Assembly: GCA_038321985.1 (NCBI GenBank)
Contig: JBBQFN010000013.1
Span: 64,001-128,000 of the forward strand
Direction of reading: 5' to 3'
Length of the DNA: 64,000 nt
Source of the DNA: Cyanophyceae cyanobacterium
Lineage (GTDB): Bacteria; Cyanobacteriota; Cyanobacteriia; Cyanobacteriales; Laspinemataceae
A program made the position numbers and the translations under genes. The notes under the pieces are model-generated. The model did not search any database. It was not told the DNA's origin and saw only the letters and a list, made by a program, of their open reading frames with translations. Of this stretch, positions 41,630-53,039 are shown in pieces. Numbering within the stretch: position 1 is the first letter of the stretch; each line of letters opens with the position of its first letter.

Positions 41630-43537
41630 ATGCAACGGCCATCTAGTGTAGAGCAAGTTACCGAATCTGAAAATAACCATAAAAAACCCCCAGTCGCGCC
41701 CCCACCGCAGGACTTCAAACCCCAAGGGAAACGGCGGTATAAGCGCGTACTCATGGCGGCGATCGCGGCTGGATTATTAGGACTCGGCATTTTTAGCTAT
41801 AGAACCTACCAAAACGCTCAACCTAAAACCGATGCGATCGCTGAAATCACGGTGCCGGTAGATACCCAAACCCTGACTGTCCGCATCCAAGCCAGTGGGA
41901 CCGTCCGACCGATTCAGAACGTCAATCTATCCCCAAAAAGTGCTGGCCGCATCGCTGAATTATACGTTGAACAAGGGGACCAAGTAGAAGCTGGAACAGT
42001 GGTCGCCCGGATGGAAAGTCAGGAAGTAGAAGCCCAACGGCTACAAGCTCAGGCGAGATTAGAACAAGCTCAAGCTAGACTGGCTCAACTACGCGCCGGA
42101 AATCGGCCCCAGGAAGTCGCTCAAGCCCGCGCCAGACTTGCCCAAGCTGAAGCTGGACTGGCTCAACTGCGCGCCGGAAATCGGCCCCAGGAAATCGCCC
42201 AAGCGGAAGCTAGACTGGCCCAAGCTGAAGCTAGACTGGCTCAACTACGCGCCGGAAATCGCTCCCAGGAAATCGCCCAAGCGGAAGCTAGACTCGCTCA
42301 AGCGGAAGCTAGACTGGCTCAACTGCGCGCCGGAAATCGCTCCCAGGAGGTGGCTCAAGCGGAAGCTAGACTCACCCAAGCCCAAGCCCGTTTAGACGCA
42401 CTTCGTTCCGGTAGCCGTCAAGACGAGATGGATCAAGCTCAAAGTCAAATTGAGGAAGCTGAAGCAACGGTGTCCCTGACGGCAGAACGAGTGCGACGCA
42501 ATCAAGAACTGGTGGAGGAAGGGGCTATTTCTCGCGATCGCTTCGATGAAGTGGTCACGGAAAATCGTCGCGCCCAAACTAACTTAGTGCGATCGCAGCA
42601 ACGGTTAGAACAACTGATTCGCAGTAGACAAGAGGCGATCGCAGAAGCCGAAGCCCAAGTTACCGAAGCCCGTCAAGGTTTAGAACTCCAAGCTAGCGGT
42701 GCGCGTCCTGAAGAAATCACTCGCGCTGAAGCTGAAGTGGCCGAAGCCCGTCAAGGGGTAGAAATCCAAGAAAGCGGCGCGCGTCCTGAAGAAATCACCC
42801 GCGCTGAAGCTGAAGTGGCCGAAGCTCGTCAAGCCCTATCGGTTCAAGAAAGCGGTGCTCGTCCTGAAGAATTGCTCCGGGTTGAAGCTGAAGTACGCGA
42901 AGCCGAAGCCCAACTCAGGGCGGTAGAAGTGCAGGTAGAAGATACCATTATTCGCGCCCCCTTCGCCGGTCAAATTACCCAGCGATACGCTACGGAAGGC
43001 TCATTTGTAACTCCAACAACTTCGGCTTCTAGTGCTGGAAGTGCTACATCGACCTCGATTGTCGCCCTGGCTAGAGGGTTAGAAATTTTAGCTCAAGTCC
43101 CAGAAGCTGATATTAGTCAAATTAAATCCGGTCAGCAAGTGGAGGTTCGGGCGGATGCCTATCCTGATGAAGGATTTCAAGGAAAAGTGAATTTAATCGC
43201 CCCAGAAGCAATTAAACAACAGGATGTAACGTTGTTTGAAGTCCGGATCGATCTAGAATCTGGGATTGATACTTTGCAATCGGGGATGAATGTTGATGTC
43301 ACTTTCTTAGGAGATCAACTGGATAATGCCTTAGTGGTACCGACGGTGGCGATCGTCACCAACAAAGGTGATACAGGGGTTTTAGTTCCCAACGCTCAAG
43401 GTAAAGCAGAGTTTCGGTCTGTTACGATTGGACCCACTTTAGGCAATCAGATTCAAATTTTGGAAGGATTAAATCCTGGCGATCGCGTTTTTATTGGTCT
43501 TCCGGAAGGGCAAAAACTGGAAGATATTTTGAAATAA
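41630..43537 (+). CDS. Efflux periplasmic adaptor (HlyD/MacA-like) with expanded alpha-hairpin
   Basis: N-terminal TM, lipoyl motifs GRIAELYVEQGDQV and IRAPFAG, VPEADI, VPTVAI; internal 26-aa repeats. Confidence 0.92.
   Translation: MQRPSSVEQVTESENNHKKPPVAPPPQDFKPQGKRRYKRVLMAAIAAGLLGLGIFSYRTYQNAQPKTDAIAEITVPVDTQTLTVRIQASGTVRPIQNVNLSPKSAGRIAELYVEQGDQVEAGTVVARMESQEVEAQRLQAQARLEQAQARLAQLRAGNRPQEVAQARARLAQAEAGLAQLRAGNRPQEIAQAEARLAQAEARLAQLRAGNRSQEIAQAEARLAQAEARLAQLRAGNRSQEVAQAEARLTQAQARLDALRSGSRQDEMDQAQSQIEEAEATVSLTAERVRRNQELVEEGAISRDRFDEVVTENRRAQTNLVRSQQRLEQLIRSRQEAIAEAEAQVTEARQGLELQASGARPEEITRAEAEVAEARQGVEIQESGARPEEITRAEAEVAEARQALSVQESGARPEELLRVEAEVREAEAQLRAVEVQVEDTIIRAPFAGQITQRYATEGSFVTPTTSASSAGSATSTSIVALARGLEILAQVPEADISQIKSGQQVEVRADAYPDEGFQGKVNLIAPEAIKQQDVTLFEVRIDLESGIDTLQSGMNVDVTFLGDQLDNALVVPTVAIVTNKGDTGVLVPNAQGKAEFRSVTIGPTLGNQIQILEGLNPGDRVFIGLPEGQKLEDILK
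42065..42376 (+). repeat. Four in-frame 78-bp tandem repeats
   Basis: Units start at 42065, 42143, 42221 and 42299 (QAxARLAQLRAGNRxQExAQAxARLx). Confidence 0.9.
42647..42880 (+). repeat. Three in-frame 78-bp tandem repeats of a second type
   Basis: Units start at 42647, 42725 and 42803 (AEAxVxEARQxxxxQxSGARPEExxR). Confidence 0.88.
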
Positions 43538-43691
43538 GGTTGGGTGCGGAGGAGAGCAGGGGAGAAGAAAGAATTGAAGTTGTGACACCGAACATTAACA
43601 GAACAAGGACCGCAAGTGGTAACCCCGAACAATTAAGAACGATTGAAGTCATGACACCGAACCTTTGAATCTTTGCTATTACCTTAAAATT

Positions 43692-44909
43692 ATGAATTTT
43701 TTAGAAAGCGTAAAGATGGCATCTAAAACCTTGGTTGCCAATAAAATGCGAAGCAGTCTAACGATGCTAGGGATTATTATCGGCAATGCCTCGGTGATTG
43801 CGACGATTGGGATGGGTGAGGGTGCACAGAATTTTGTGGGTCAGCAAGTGGAATCCCTGGGGACGAATTTGTTATTTATTGTGCCGGGAAGTCCGAAAGC
43901 TCAAACTCGCCCGGTGAGTTCACCCCAGACTTTGGTGTTGGCGGATGCAGAGGCGATCGCTTCTCAAGTTCCCTCAGTAAAGGAGGTTTCACCCCAGGTA
44001 ACGGGGATGCAACGAATCACCTATGGCAATGCCAATCAATCCACGACTATTGTAGGGGTGACGCCGGAGTTTTTAACCGTCCGTAACTTTGATGTTGCTC
44101 AAGGTCGATTTATTACTAACTTGGATTTGAAACGCAATGAACAAGTGGTAGCATTGGGTGCGGATGTGGCGGAAACTCTATTTGGAAATACAGACCCAAT
44201 CGGCAAACAAATCCGCATTAAGAATTTATCTTTTTCGGTGATTGGAGTGATGCAACCGAAGGGTTCTACGTTTGGACAGAACCAAGATGATGTGGTGTTG
44301 GTGCCGTTAACGACGATGGCGAATCGGATTACGGGGAATACTTCACCGTATGGGACAAGAATTAATTTTATTTCCGTGTCAGTGCAGAATGAAGAAAGTA
44401 TGAAGGCGGCACAGTTCCAAATTGAAAATTTGCTGCGCTTGCGACATCAGATTATTGATGAAGATGATTTTACGGTTCGTAATCAGAAGGATTTGCAGGC
44501 AACGATGGGGGCGATTACGGGTGCGCTAACATTGTTGTTGGCGGCGGTTGCCAGTATCTCCCTGTTTGTAGGGGGAATTGGGATTATGAATATTATGTTA
44601 GTTTCGGTGACGGAACGCACGAAGGAAATTGGGTTAAGAAAGGCGATCGGGGCGTCTGAACAGGATATTTTAATGCAATTTGTGATCGAGGCAGTGATTT
44701 TATCGGTTGCCGGGGGTTTGGTGGGAATTTTTGTCGGGGTGAGTGGCATCTGGCTTATTAGTAGTTTTACGCCGTTTGATGCCGGGATTTCTACAATGGC
44801 GATCGCCTTAGCAACCGGAGTATCTGGTGCAACGGGGTTATTCTTTGGCGTCGTTCCTGCTAAAAAAGCAGCCCAACTGGATCCGATTGTCGCTTTGCGC
44901 GGTGCCTAG
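43692..44909 (+). CDS. MacB/FtsX-type ABC permease without ATPase domain
   Basis: NKMRSSLTMLGIIIG, GGIGIMNIMLVSVTERTKEIGLRKAIGA, PAKKAAQLDPI. Confidence 0.93.
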   Translation: MNFLESVKMASKTLVANKMRSSLTMLGIIIGNASVIATIGMGEGAQNFVGQQVESLGTNLLFIVPGSPKAQTRPVSSPQTLVLADAEAIASQVPSVKEVSPQVTGMQRITYGNANQSTTIVGVTPEFLTVRNFDVAQGRFITNLDLKRNEQVVALGADVAETLFGNTDPIGKQIRIKNLSFSVIGVMQPKGSTFGQNQDDVVLVPLTTMANRITGNTSPYGTRINFISVSVQNEESMKAAQFQIENLLRLRHQIIDEDDFTVRNQKDLQATMGAITGALTLLLAAVASISLFVGGIGIMNIMLVSVTERTKEIGLRKAIGASEQDILMQFVIEAVILSVAGGLVGIFVGVSGIWLISSFTPFDAGISTMAIALATGVSGATGLFFGVVPAKKAAQLDPIVALRGA

Positions 44910-45129
44910 GAAAACCCAGGGTGTTGTTAACTCCTATTGTCGGTTTTGCGAATGTAGGAGCAATATTTTAAATATAGTCTAAGTATTTTGGGAAGAGTTT
45001 ACCTTGATTCCGGTCAAGGTTATTAATATTATCAGTTTTATGATAATTTTGCAGCCAGTGTATTTTAGGGTATCTAAAGATTTAATCCAAAAATTTATAA
45101 TTGAATAGGTTTTTCACAGAAATGATTAT

Positions 45130-46146
45130 TTATTGTTTAGAAGCAGAAAATTCCCTCTCGTCTAATAAATTTTGCTGCTTAATTTGAATAGCTAATTCAT
45201 GAATCATAGAAATACAAACTGAATTACCAATTTGTTTATAGCATTCTCCAGTCTTAGGATGTCTTGTAAAATTATCAGGAAACCCCATAATTCGATAACA
45301 CTCATTAAGTGTTAATTTCCGCACCGCATTTTCTTCAGGAATATAAATAAAAAAGCGGCCTGATGTTTCCTGGGATGGTAAAGTTGGATGAACCCCCTTA
45401 ACAGAATAAATCCGATTAGGTTGTCTATGAACTCTCGACAGATGTTCTGTATTAGGTCTAATTCCTGTTTTCCAAATGTTTTTATTACGATATCCTACAA
45501 AAATCAATCCTGAAATTTGGGGTTTAGGATGTTCAATCAAAGTGTACTCGTCAGGTTTCAAATACTCAAACGGTCCTTCTTTATCTAAATATTCTTCAAG
45601 ACTAGGAGTAGGAACTTGTTTTTTGATTAAATCAAAATTAAATTTCCGATTTAAAGTACCAATAATAATAACCCGCTCTCGATTTTGGGGTAATTTGAAA
45701 TCTTTAGAATTTAATAAATTATAAGTGACAGAATATCCTAAATCTTCTAAAGAATAAAGAATCGTGTCCAATACTTTGCCCTGGTCCAAATGAAGCAGGT
45801 GCTTAACATTTTCCAAGACAATCACTTTAGGTTTTTTTATTTCAATAATTTTGCATAAGTGAAAAAATAGGGTTCCTCTCGTGTCCTTAAAGCCATTTCG
45901 TTTTCCGGATATACTAAAAGGCTGACAAGGAAAACCCGCTGTTAATACATCATGATTCGGAATATTTTCAATATCTAAAGTAGTAATGTCTTTTTCGGGT
46001 AAATCCCCAAAATTTTGATAATAAACTTTCTGACAAGATTCATTAATTTCACAGGAGGAAACACAATGATAACCGGCTTTTTCAAAAGCAATACGGAACC
46101 CTCCAATTCCGGCAAATAAGTCAATAAATTTAATCGAATCAGACAC
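45130..46146 (-). CDS. C5 DNA cytosine methyltransferase, no adjacent restriction enzyme
   Basis: DLFAGIGG, GFPCQPFS, ENV, QNRERV, QIGNSV. AT-rich and without HIP1 sites. Confidence 0.95.
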   Translation of the reverse strand: MSDSIKFIDLFAGIGGFRIAFEKAGYHCVSSCEINESCQKVYYQNFGDLPEKDITTLDIENIPNHDVLTAGFPCQPFSISGKRNGFKDTRGTLFFHLCKIIEIKKPKVIVLENVKHLLHLDQGKVLDTILYSLEDLGYSVTYNLLNSKDFKLPQNRERVIIIGTLNRKFNFDLIKKQVPTPSLEEYLDKEGPFEYLKPDEYTLIEHPKPQISGLIFVGYRNKNIWKTGIRPNTEHLSRVHRQPNRIYSVKGVHPTLPSQETSGRFFIYIPEENAVRKLTLNECYRIMGFPDNFTRHPKTGECYKQIGNSVCISMIHELAIQIKQQNLLDEREFSASKQ

Positions 46147-46207
46147 TAATTTTTAAATTGAAGTGAATAGAATTTTAAGAATTATAGCATATAACTTAGA
46201 AAAATCC

Positions 46208-46460
46208 TAGCCGCGTTTGAATCAACTTCTCCCGAGTTTAGGGGAGGCGATCGCGGAAGTGGAAGCTCAACTTACACTGAAGCAGTCCAGCCTTAGAACT
46301 CGAACGCCGTAAACCGTTGCGGGGTGACGGAACCCACGAAGGAAATTGGATGGAGAAAGGCGATCGCCTCATCTGAGGAGGATATTTTAAGGCAATGGGT
46401 GCAAAACTCGATCCAATTGTCGCCTTGCAGGGGACGAAGGAAAACCCTGGCTGTTGTTAT
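46208..46460 (+). pseudogene. Collapsed relic of a second adaptor + permease operon
   Basis: RLNQLLPSLGEAIAEVEAQLT (adaptor: RLEQLIRSRQEAIAEAEAQVT), VTEPTKEIGWRKAIASSEEDILRQ (permease: VTERTKEIGLRKAIGASEQDILMQ), then a DNA match to the permease 3' end and downstream GGAAAACCC...TGTTGTTA. Confidence 0.82.
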
Positions 46461-46528
46461 ACCCCCATCGGGCGAACTTTTATACTTAATCCGGGATTTC
46501 AATCCTGAGGAACATTTCTCTATAAACT

Positions 46529-46569
46529 AAAAGCGATCGCTCTTGTGTTGTGCCAGCGATCGCTTTTTT
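46529..46569. terminator. Terminator-like hairpin built from two HIP1 octamers
   Basis: AAAAGCGATCGCT-13 nt-AGCGATCGCTTTTTT, with A and T tracts on either side. Confidence 0.65.
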
Positions 46570-46593
46570 ATTTTTATTATCTCTCACAGTATT

Positions 46594-46896
46594 TTAACAG
46601 GTTTTGCTAATTAATCTGAAGCGTCCCCAAAAGTCCACATACCGGACATTGGAGTTTGCAGACACGCGTACTGAACCCATACTCAAGGTCGTTTGCTTTA
46701 CAATTCTTAACTCTTCGGGATATCGGGGTTGGGGGTCATTTTCTAACCAAATCGGAGGGACCATCATGGGGTCATAGGCTGCAATAGTATCGGTAACTCC
46801 AGGCCGATCCTTGAACTGAACCTGCTGTCCCGGATGAAAGATGACCGCTTCTTCTTGTTCTAGGTCCTTATCAGATCCAATTGTGACAGCAACCAT
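46594..46896 (-). CDS. Hypothetical small protein
   Basis: AAGGAG RBS; folded-looking core FHPGQQVQF...YDPMMVPPIWLENDPQPRYPEEL. Confidence 0.7.
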   Translation of the reverse strand: MVAVTIGSDKDLEQEEAVIFHPGQQVQFKDRPGVTDTIAAYDPMMVPPIWLENDPQPRYPEELRIVKQTTLSMGSVRVSANSNVRYVDFWGRFRLISKTC

Positions 46897-47503
46897 AAAT
46901 TTCTCCTTAATATCAGTGTATTTTTATTTAGATTAACCTTTTTAGGTCAAGGTTTGCTAAAAAATACAAAAATTGTTACAAACTTGACAGAAATATAAAA
47001 ACTCTTGAAAATGGGCCTTTTGAATCTATCCCTGGGTAGGTGTCAAGTGCGAAATCAGCCCCCCTAAACTCGATGCTTAGCCGGGATTGTAGCTTTTAAA
47101 TGACCCAATTAGAGGGCACTGAAGGGGTTATCGAGGGAGCTATTTTATGCTCAAACGCTTATAGGCATAGGTTTCTAGGGATTTTAACTCTGCTTAATTA
47201 GCCTGAATCTAAAAAAATAATTAAGGTTAGCAAAGGCAAGCGAGCGATCGCTCCCTTTGTTACTAATCAATAAGTGATTATACTTAAGTATAAATTCTTA
47301 GTGAATGGACCGCAGTCGGCTTAACCACCCATTACCTTTTCCCTATCTTAGATAATGAGTAAATACACTTAATATTCCTCAAAATAGAAGAAGGACGCCC
47401 GTCAAGTGTGCGTCCCTCCGATGCCAACAGAAATCTAGTCTTAAATTCCGGGAGTCAATCTAGTCGGTTTCTCAAAAAGCGATCGCCCCGGAAGCGAGAA
47501 CCA

Positions 47504-48127
47504 TTAGGATGTCAGCCAATCCTTGATTAAGTCCAGCAGGCTGGAACCACCAAACCAAAGCGCCATCAAAATAGAGATAGAGAGCGTAAACCCCATCAAA
47601 CAAAGCACTAAACCGCCGAGGCTAATAGCGCCATCATCATCAAGCAGACCGAAGCCGGTCACAAAAACCCCGATCGCCGGTAACGTATTTGTCCCGGGGA
47701 TAGGAATCATCATGGAAATTGCCATCAGGGCGATCATGCTGCCGATGAGGATCCGACCCGATAAACTCTTGCAGATATAAGTCAAGCGGGGACGAGATAA
47801 CAACTCGATTTTCTCCAACCAGGGAATCCCCGCTTTTAAAATGCCTTGCACCTTTGACAAGGCGATCGGGTAATTCATCATCCGATTCGGCAGCCAAGGC
47901 CGTTTAGCCCCTGCAATCAGTTGAATGGCGAGTAGAAAAATCAAAATTCCAAACGGAGTGGAGTATCCCGGCGCAGGTAACGGCAATGCTGAAGGCCACG
48001 CCAGCAACACAAATAAAAACCCGAAAATACGCTCTCCAGCTAGCAAGATTAGATCCGCCAAAATCACGCGATCGGGGCGTTCTTCTTCAAAAAAATAGCG
48101 ATGCAATTCAACAGAAAGTCGAGCCAC
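47504..48127 (-). CDS. exoD: ExoD-family exopolysaccharide synthesis membrane protein
   Basis: GERIFG..LA.PSALPLP, PWLP, RPRL, IPIPGTNTLPA, DDG. GTG start at 48127. Confidence 0.85.
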   Translation of the reverse strand: MARLSVELHRYFFEEERPDRVILADLILLAGERIFGFLFVLLAWPSALPLPAPGYSTPFGILIFLLAIQLIAGAKRPWLPNRMMNYPIALSKVQGILKAGIPWLEKIELLSRPRLTYICKSLSGRILIGSMIALMAISMMIPIPGTNTLPAIGVFVTGFGLLDDDGAISLGGLVLCLMGFTLSISILMALWFGGSSLLDLIKDWLTS

Positions 48128-48346
48128 AGGGTTTAGGCAAAGAGTGTGAAGGGGAAGGACGGAAAAAAGGGGAGATGGGAGCATGAGGGGGACTGCCATC
48201 GAGTTGGGGGAGTTGAGGTAGACCGGGAAATTTAGGAGAGGGATGATTCATCCTATTTCCTTAAATCGTCCCGTATCTATCTCTATTCCCTCGCTTCCCC
48301 ATCTTCCCTTTTCTCCCTAATCCAAACAGGAGATGAGGGGCTAAAT

Positions 48347-49663
<1,317 letters not shown>

Positions 49664-50046
49664 CTACCTTACTCTATCGTTCCCTGAGAGGGTAGGGCGA
49701 TCGCAAGATTTGTTCGAGGGAGCTTTAGGTTGAGGTTCCTCGGGCGTTTCTAGCTCATCCGGTGAGGAGTCTTTTGGAATGGACCATTGCAGTTTTTCCA
49801 GCAGGAATGCCGGAATCTGAAGGGTTTGATCAGAGTCGGGATTCACCGGATCCATGACAGGGCGAATTTCCCACACCTGAGTTTCTAGAAGCCCTAGGGT
49901 AAATTGTTCTGCCAGGATTTCTGACTTCTATTCGGAAATACTTAATTAAACTGTTAGAAAAATGCTAAGAAACGATTCTAAAAAGCCCCCCGAAATTAAT
50001 TTTTTCTTCTTCTGGTTTCCCCCATTCCCTACAAAAACACACCTTA

Positions 50047-51117
50047 CTAAAATTCACAATCAGAGTTGAGGGAGAGTCGCCAAGTCCGGTTAAAACCAGA
50101 ACCAAAGGTTTCATAGCTATAGCCAAGGCGATAGGGAAAATGTCCTAAAGGAATCGTTTGAGGCTCTACCCCATTGTAGAAATCCTCCTGAAAATGGTTA
50201 GAAGACCAACCCACTGCTCTTTCAAACTGTGCATAATGCTCCCAGTTTAATTCTCCTGGTTTGTTGTCCGTTGCTTTTAGTTGGGATGTCTGAATACTGA
50301 AACCAAAGCGGTTCTTAGAATATTTGAGCCAGAGGCGATCAATTTTTTGAAGTTCAGAACAGGGAATCTCCGAGATTAATAAAGAAGCTGTAGCGCTTCT
50401 GGTATCTTCTCGATAGGGTTGTAGTACCTCTAAGGTTTCCCAGTCGGCTTCAACCCATTGATTCTGCCGCAAGGCATCAATCATTCGGCAGTATTTCAAG
50501 CGATGGGTAATCGAGGCTACACCGTGCCAAACCCCACCACTTACCCCATTCCCGGTTGTCGCGGGTAAGTGGCCCTCGGGAGCAGATTTAGAGAAGTTAA
50601 GTTTCTCGTAGGTACGCCACTGACCCTGCCTACGCCAGCCGACGCGATCGCCAAATTTCTCAGCAATTTCTGGAGTATATTGACCGACAACCCCGCCTAC
50701 AGATTCCCAAATTTTTTGCTGCTGAATAAAGCCAAAACGACTATCACTATAATAATTCCATAGGTTCGCTAAGGTGTGCAAGTCCTCACAGTCGAGTTTT
50801 TCTACATCGGCTTGGCTTAACCAACCTTCCGCTTCTCTCTGGCTGATTTTTAACAAAATCTCAAAGGTGGCGCGATCGGCAGCTTTCCACTCCCGATTCC
50901 GCAGCAAGGCTTCCAAGGGTTTATAGTTAATATTGGCCGTGGAGGTTAGCGGAGATACCACCTCGGGTTTAAGCGGTTGTTCAAACTCACAGGATTGCAA
51001 ACTTAAACCAAGGATTAAGACGATTGCCCTAATTTTTTTTCCCACCCCAGGGGGGATTACTATTGGAGTTAATCGATCCCTTATAAAAATCCCAATTACC
51101 CACTGTTTTAAACCCAT
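50047..51117 (-). CDS. Tandem GUN4-domain protein, possible lipoprotein
   Basis: Two GUN4-like cores (W..AD..T...LW..YS..RFGF..Q...VGW...GH.P); LSLQSC lipobox-like sequence. Confidence 0.8.
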   Translation of the reverse strand: MGLKQWVIGIFIRDRLTPIVIPPGVGKKIRAIVLILGLSLQSCEFEQPLKPEVVSPLTSTANINYKPLEALLRNREWKAADRATFEILLKISQREAEGWLSQADVEKLDCEDLHTLANLWNYYSDSRFGFIQQQKIWESVGGVVGQYTPEIAEKFGDRVGWRRQGQWRTYEKLNFSKSAPEGHLPATTGNGVSGGVWHGVASITHRLKYCRMIDALRQNQWVEADWETLEVLQPYREDTRSATASLLISEIPCSELQKIDRLWLKYSKNRFGFSIQTSQLKATDNKPGELNWEHYAQFERAVGWSSNHFQEDFYNGVEPQTIPLGHFPYRLGYSYETFGSGFNRTWRLSLNSDCEF

Positions 51118-51354
51118 ACTTCTACAATAAATTAAGCCTAAATTGGTTCACATTCCGAAAGTTTGAATTTGCCTTTTTTACTCACACAAAATCGGAGAGA
51201 CTTCTTTGGGTTTTCTTCCAACCGAGTGAGTTATGCCTATCTACCCGGGTTAAATTTCCCAAGCTAGGGGATGATTTTACAGGATAATCAAGCTAAAGTG
51301 ATAGAAACTCAATAACCGTTTTAACTTTTCCACATATTAACCTGAATAACTATC

Positions 51355-52293
51355 ATGGAAAATTTAGCATATTTACAAGCGGTTTTGGCCCTAGAATCAG
51401 TCTGGGGAGGGTTAGAGTCTCACCAACCGCAACTCGGGAACTCAGGGGAGAGGGTCAAGGGACAAAGTTTGTCGGGTCCGGGATACCGTTACAGGTTAAC
51501 GATCGCCCTGAGTCTCTCTCTCTTGAGTCTAGTGCAAGGGGCAGTCGCCTTGGCGTTTATTCCCGCCACTGGACTCGGACGAGGAGATAGTGGACCCCTC
51601 GTCACTTGCGTTCAGCAAATGTTGAAGGCAACGGGTTATTTTCACGGACCCGTTTCCGGTTTTTATGGACCGATGACGGAACAAGCGGTCTTAAAATGGG
51701 AACTGGAAAGTGCGGGCGTTGGTGATGGTGCGATCAATGCTTCAACAATTGCTCAAATCGACTGTTATCAAGGTCAAATCTCCCGGACTCCTGGTCCCGC
51801 TTTACCGAATCCCCAAGGTACTCCCAAAAGAGGCGATCACCCAACCGATCATCCAGGTACTGGGACAGTCAGACTAGGCGATCGCGGGGAACAGGTGGTG
51901 CAGTTACAACAGAAATTAGTAGCTGCCGGTTATTTTAAAGGTCCCATTACCGGCTACTATGGTGCAGGGACTCAAGATGCAGTGATGCACTTTCAACAAG
52001 ACCACCATATCCCCATCGATGGGGTTGCCACCCCGGAAACCTTATTACAACTGGCAAAGAGACCTGGCCCCTCTTCCTTCTCTCCACAGACCCTGCGCCG
52101 GGGGTCTCAGGGTTCCAACGTCGTCTATCTCCAAGAAAATTTACGGAACTTAGGATACTATACAGGACCAGTCACCGGCTATTACGGCCAGCTCACTCAA
52201 GACGCGGTGATGGCATTACAATGCGATCGCCTCATCCCGGCTGATGGCATTGCCGGTCCTCAAACCCAGAGTATCTTGGTTTCTCTCTATTAA
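51355..52293 (+). CDS. Protein with three peptidoglycan-binding (PG_binding_1) domains
   Basis: Three copies of L..G..G..V..LQ..L...GY..GP..G.YG..T..AV..(Q)...DG; MENLAY N-terminus. Confidence 0.88.
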   Translation: MENLAYLQAVLALESVWGGLESHQPQLGNSGERVKGQSLSGPGYRYRLTIALSLSLLSLVQGAVALAFIPATGLGRGDSGPLVTCVQQMLKATGYFHGPVSGFYGPMTEQAVLKWELESAGVGDGAINASTIAQIDCYQGQISRTPGPALPNPQGTPKRGDHPTDHPGTGTVRLGDRGEQVVQLQQKLVAAGYFKGPITGYYGAGTQDAVMHFQQDHHIPIDGVATPETLLQLAKRPGPSSFSPQTLRRGSQGSNVVYLQENLRNLGYYTGPVTGYYGQLTQDAVMALQCDRLIPADGIAGPQTQSILVSLY

Positions 52294-52301
52294 AACCGAA
52301 A

Positions 52302-52337
52302 AGCGATCGCCTCCCACCCAGGGAAATTGCGATCGCT
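52302..52337. terminator. HIP1-based hairpin between convergent genes
   Basis: AGCGATCGC...GCGATCGCT outer stem with an inner TCCC/GGGA pair. Confidence 0.5.
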
Positions 52338-52356
52338 CTCTTGACTAGGCATCGGA

Positions 52357-53037
52357 TTAACAAACCAGGGCCTTTCCCGGATAAATTTCTCGCTTGCGAG
52401 TTTTCTTGTCCAGGTAAATCCACTCCAAATCTTGGAGGCGATTTACCAAGTTAGAGATACTCACCCCCAATTCTTCTCGCATTTCGTATAAGTGAGACCA
52501 ATAAGTTAAATCCCGTCCCCGGCGTTTCTCTTCTAAAATATGTCGGGGCATTAGTAGGCAACCCGCAAAATACTGCGCCTGCCACTCCATTGACTCTAAA
52601 ACCGAGGCATTGCTGAGGGGAGTGCCAACCTCGCGACTGCCCCGGCAGACAAACGGTTCATCCGCCGCTACATCCGGGTTCAACCCCTGGCGATCGCCGA
52701 TTTGGGCAGCCGCTTCGTGATTAATATGTAGCACCCAATGGCCGATTTCGTGAGCGAGAGTAGATTCTTGAAATCCCTGGGGTTTATCGAGAATCTCTTC
52801 ATTAATCTCGATACAGCGTTGTACAGGTAAAATCCTCGCCGCGATCGCCCCTTGTTCATCGGCGGGAATCCGTTCCCAAATCACGCCGAGGTCGAAAAAA
52901 TCCGCAACCAAACTCACGTCAAACGGCCACGCAGGAGCAAATTGTTCTCCTCGCTTTGCCATCCGCCTGAGTAGGTTATTCGCCTGGTACTCAATCGCTT
53001 CCTTGGGATAATAGCGATACGGCTTAAAGATACTCAA
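52357..53037 (-). CDS. ImmA/IrrE-family (M78) metallopeptidase
   Basis: TLAHEIGHW (HExxH), EWQAQYFAGCLLMP, C-terminal helix LGVS...NRL. Confidence 0.92.
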   Translation of the reverse strand: MSIFKPYRYYPKEAIEYQANNLLRRMAKRGEQFAPAWPFDVSLVADFFDLGVIWERIPADEQGAIAARILPVQRCIEINEEILDKPQGFQESTLAHEIGHWVLHINHEAAAQIGDRQGLNPDVAADEPFVCRGSREVGTPLSNASVLESMEWQAQYFAGCLLMPRHILEEKRRGRDLTYWSHLYEMREELGVSISNLVNRLQDLEWIYLDKKTRKREIYPGKALVC

Positions 53038-53039
53038 GG

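Noticed and set aside
42065..42880. Regular repeats as a possible CRISPR array
   Set aside because: The units are contiguous, in frame and coding, with no unique spacers and no cas genes.
43565..43662. Three spaced repeats as a mini-CRISPR
   Set aside because: Repeats are degenerate, gaps are only about 15-20 nt, and the same motif is dispersed elsewhere in the window.
45130..46146. Complete restriction-modification system, or the HIP1 methylase
   Set aside because: No endonuclease ORF is adjacent, and specificity cannot be read from the sequence by eye.
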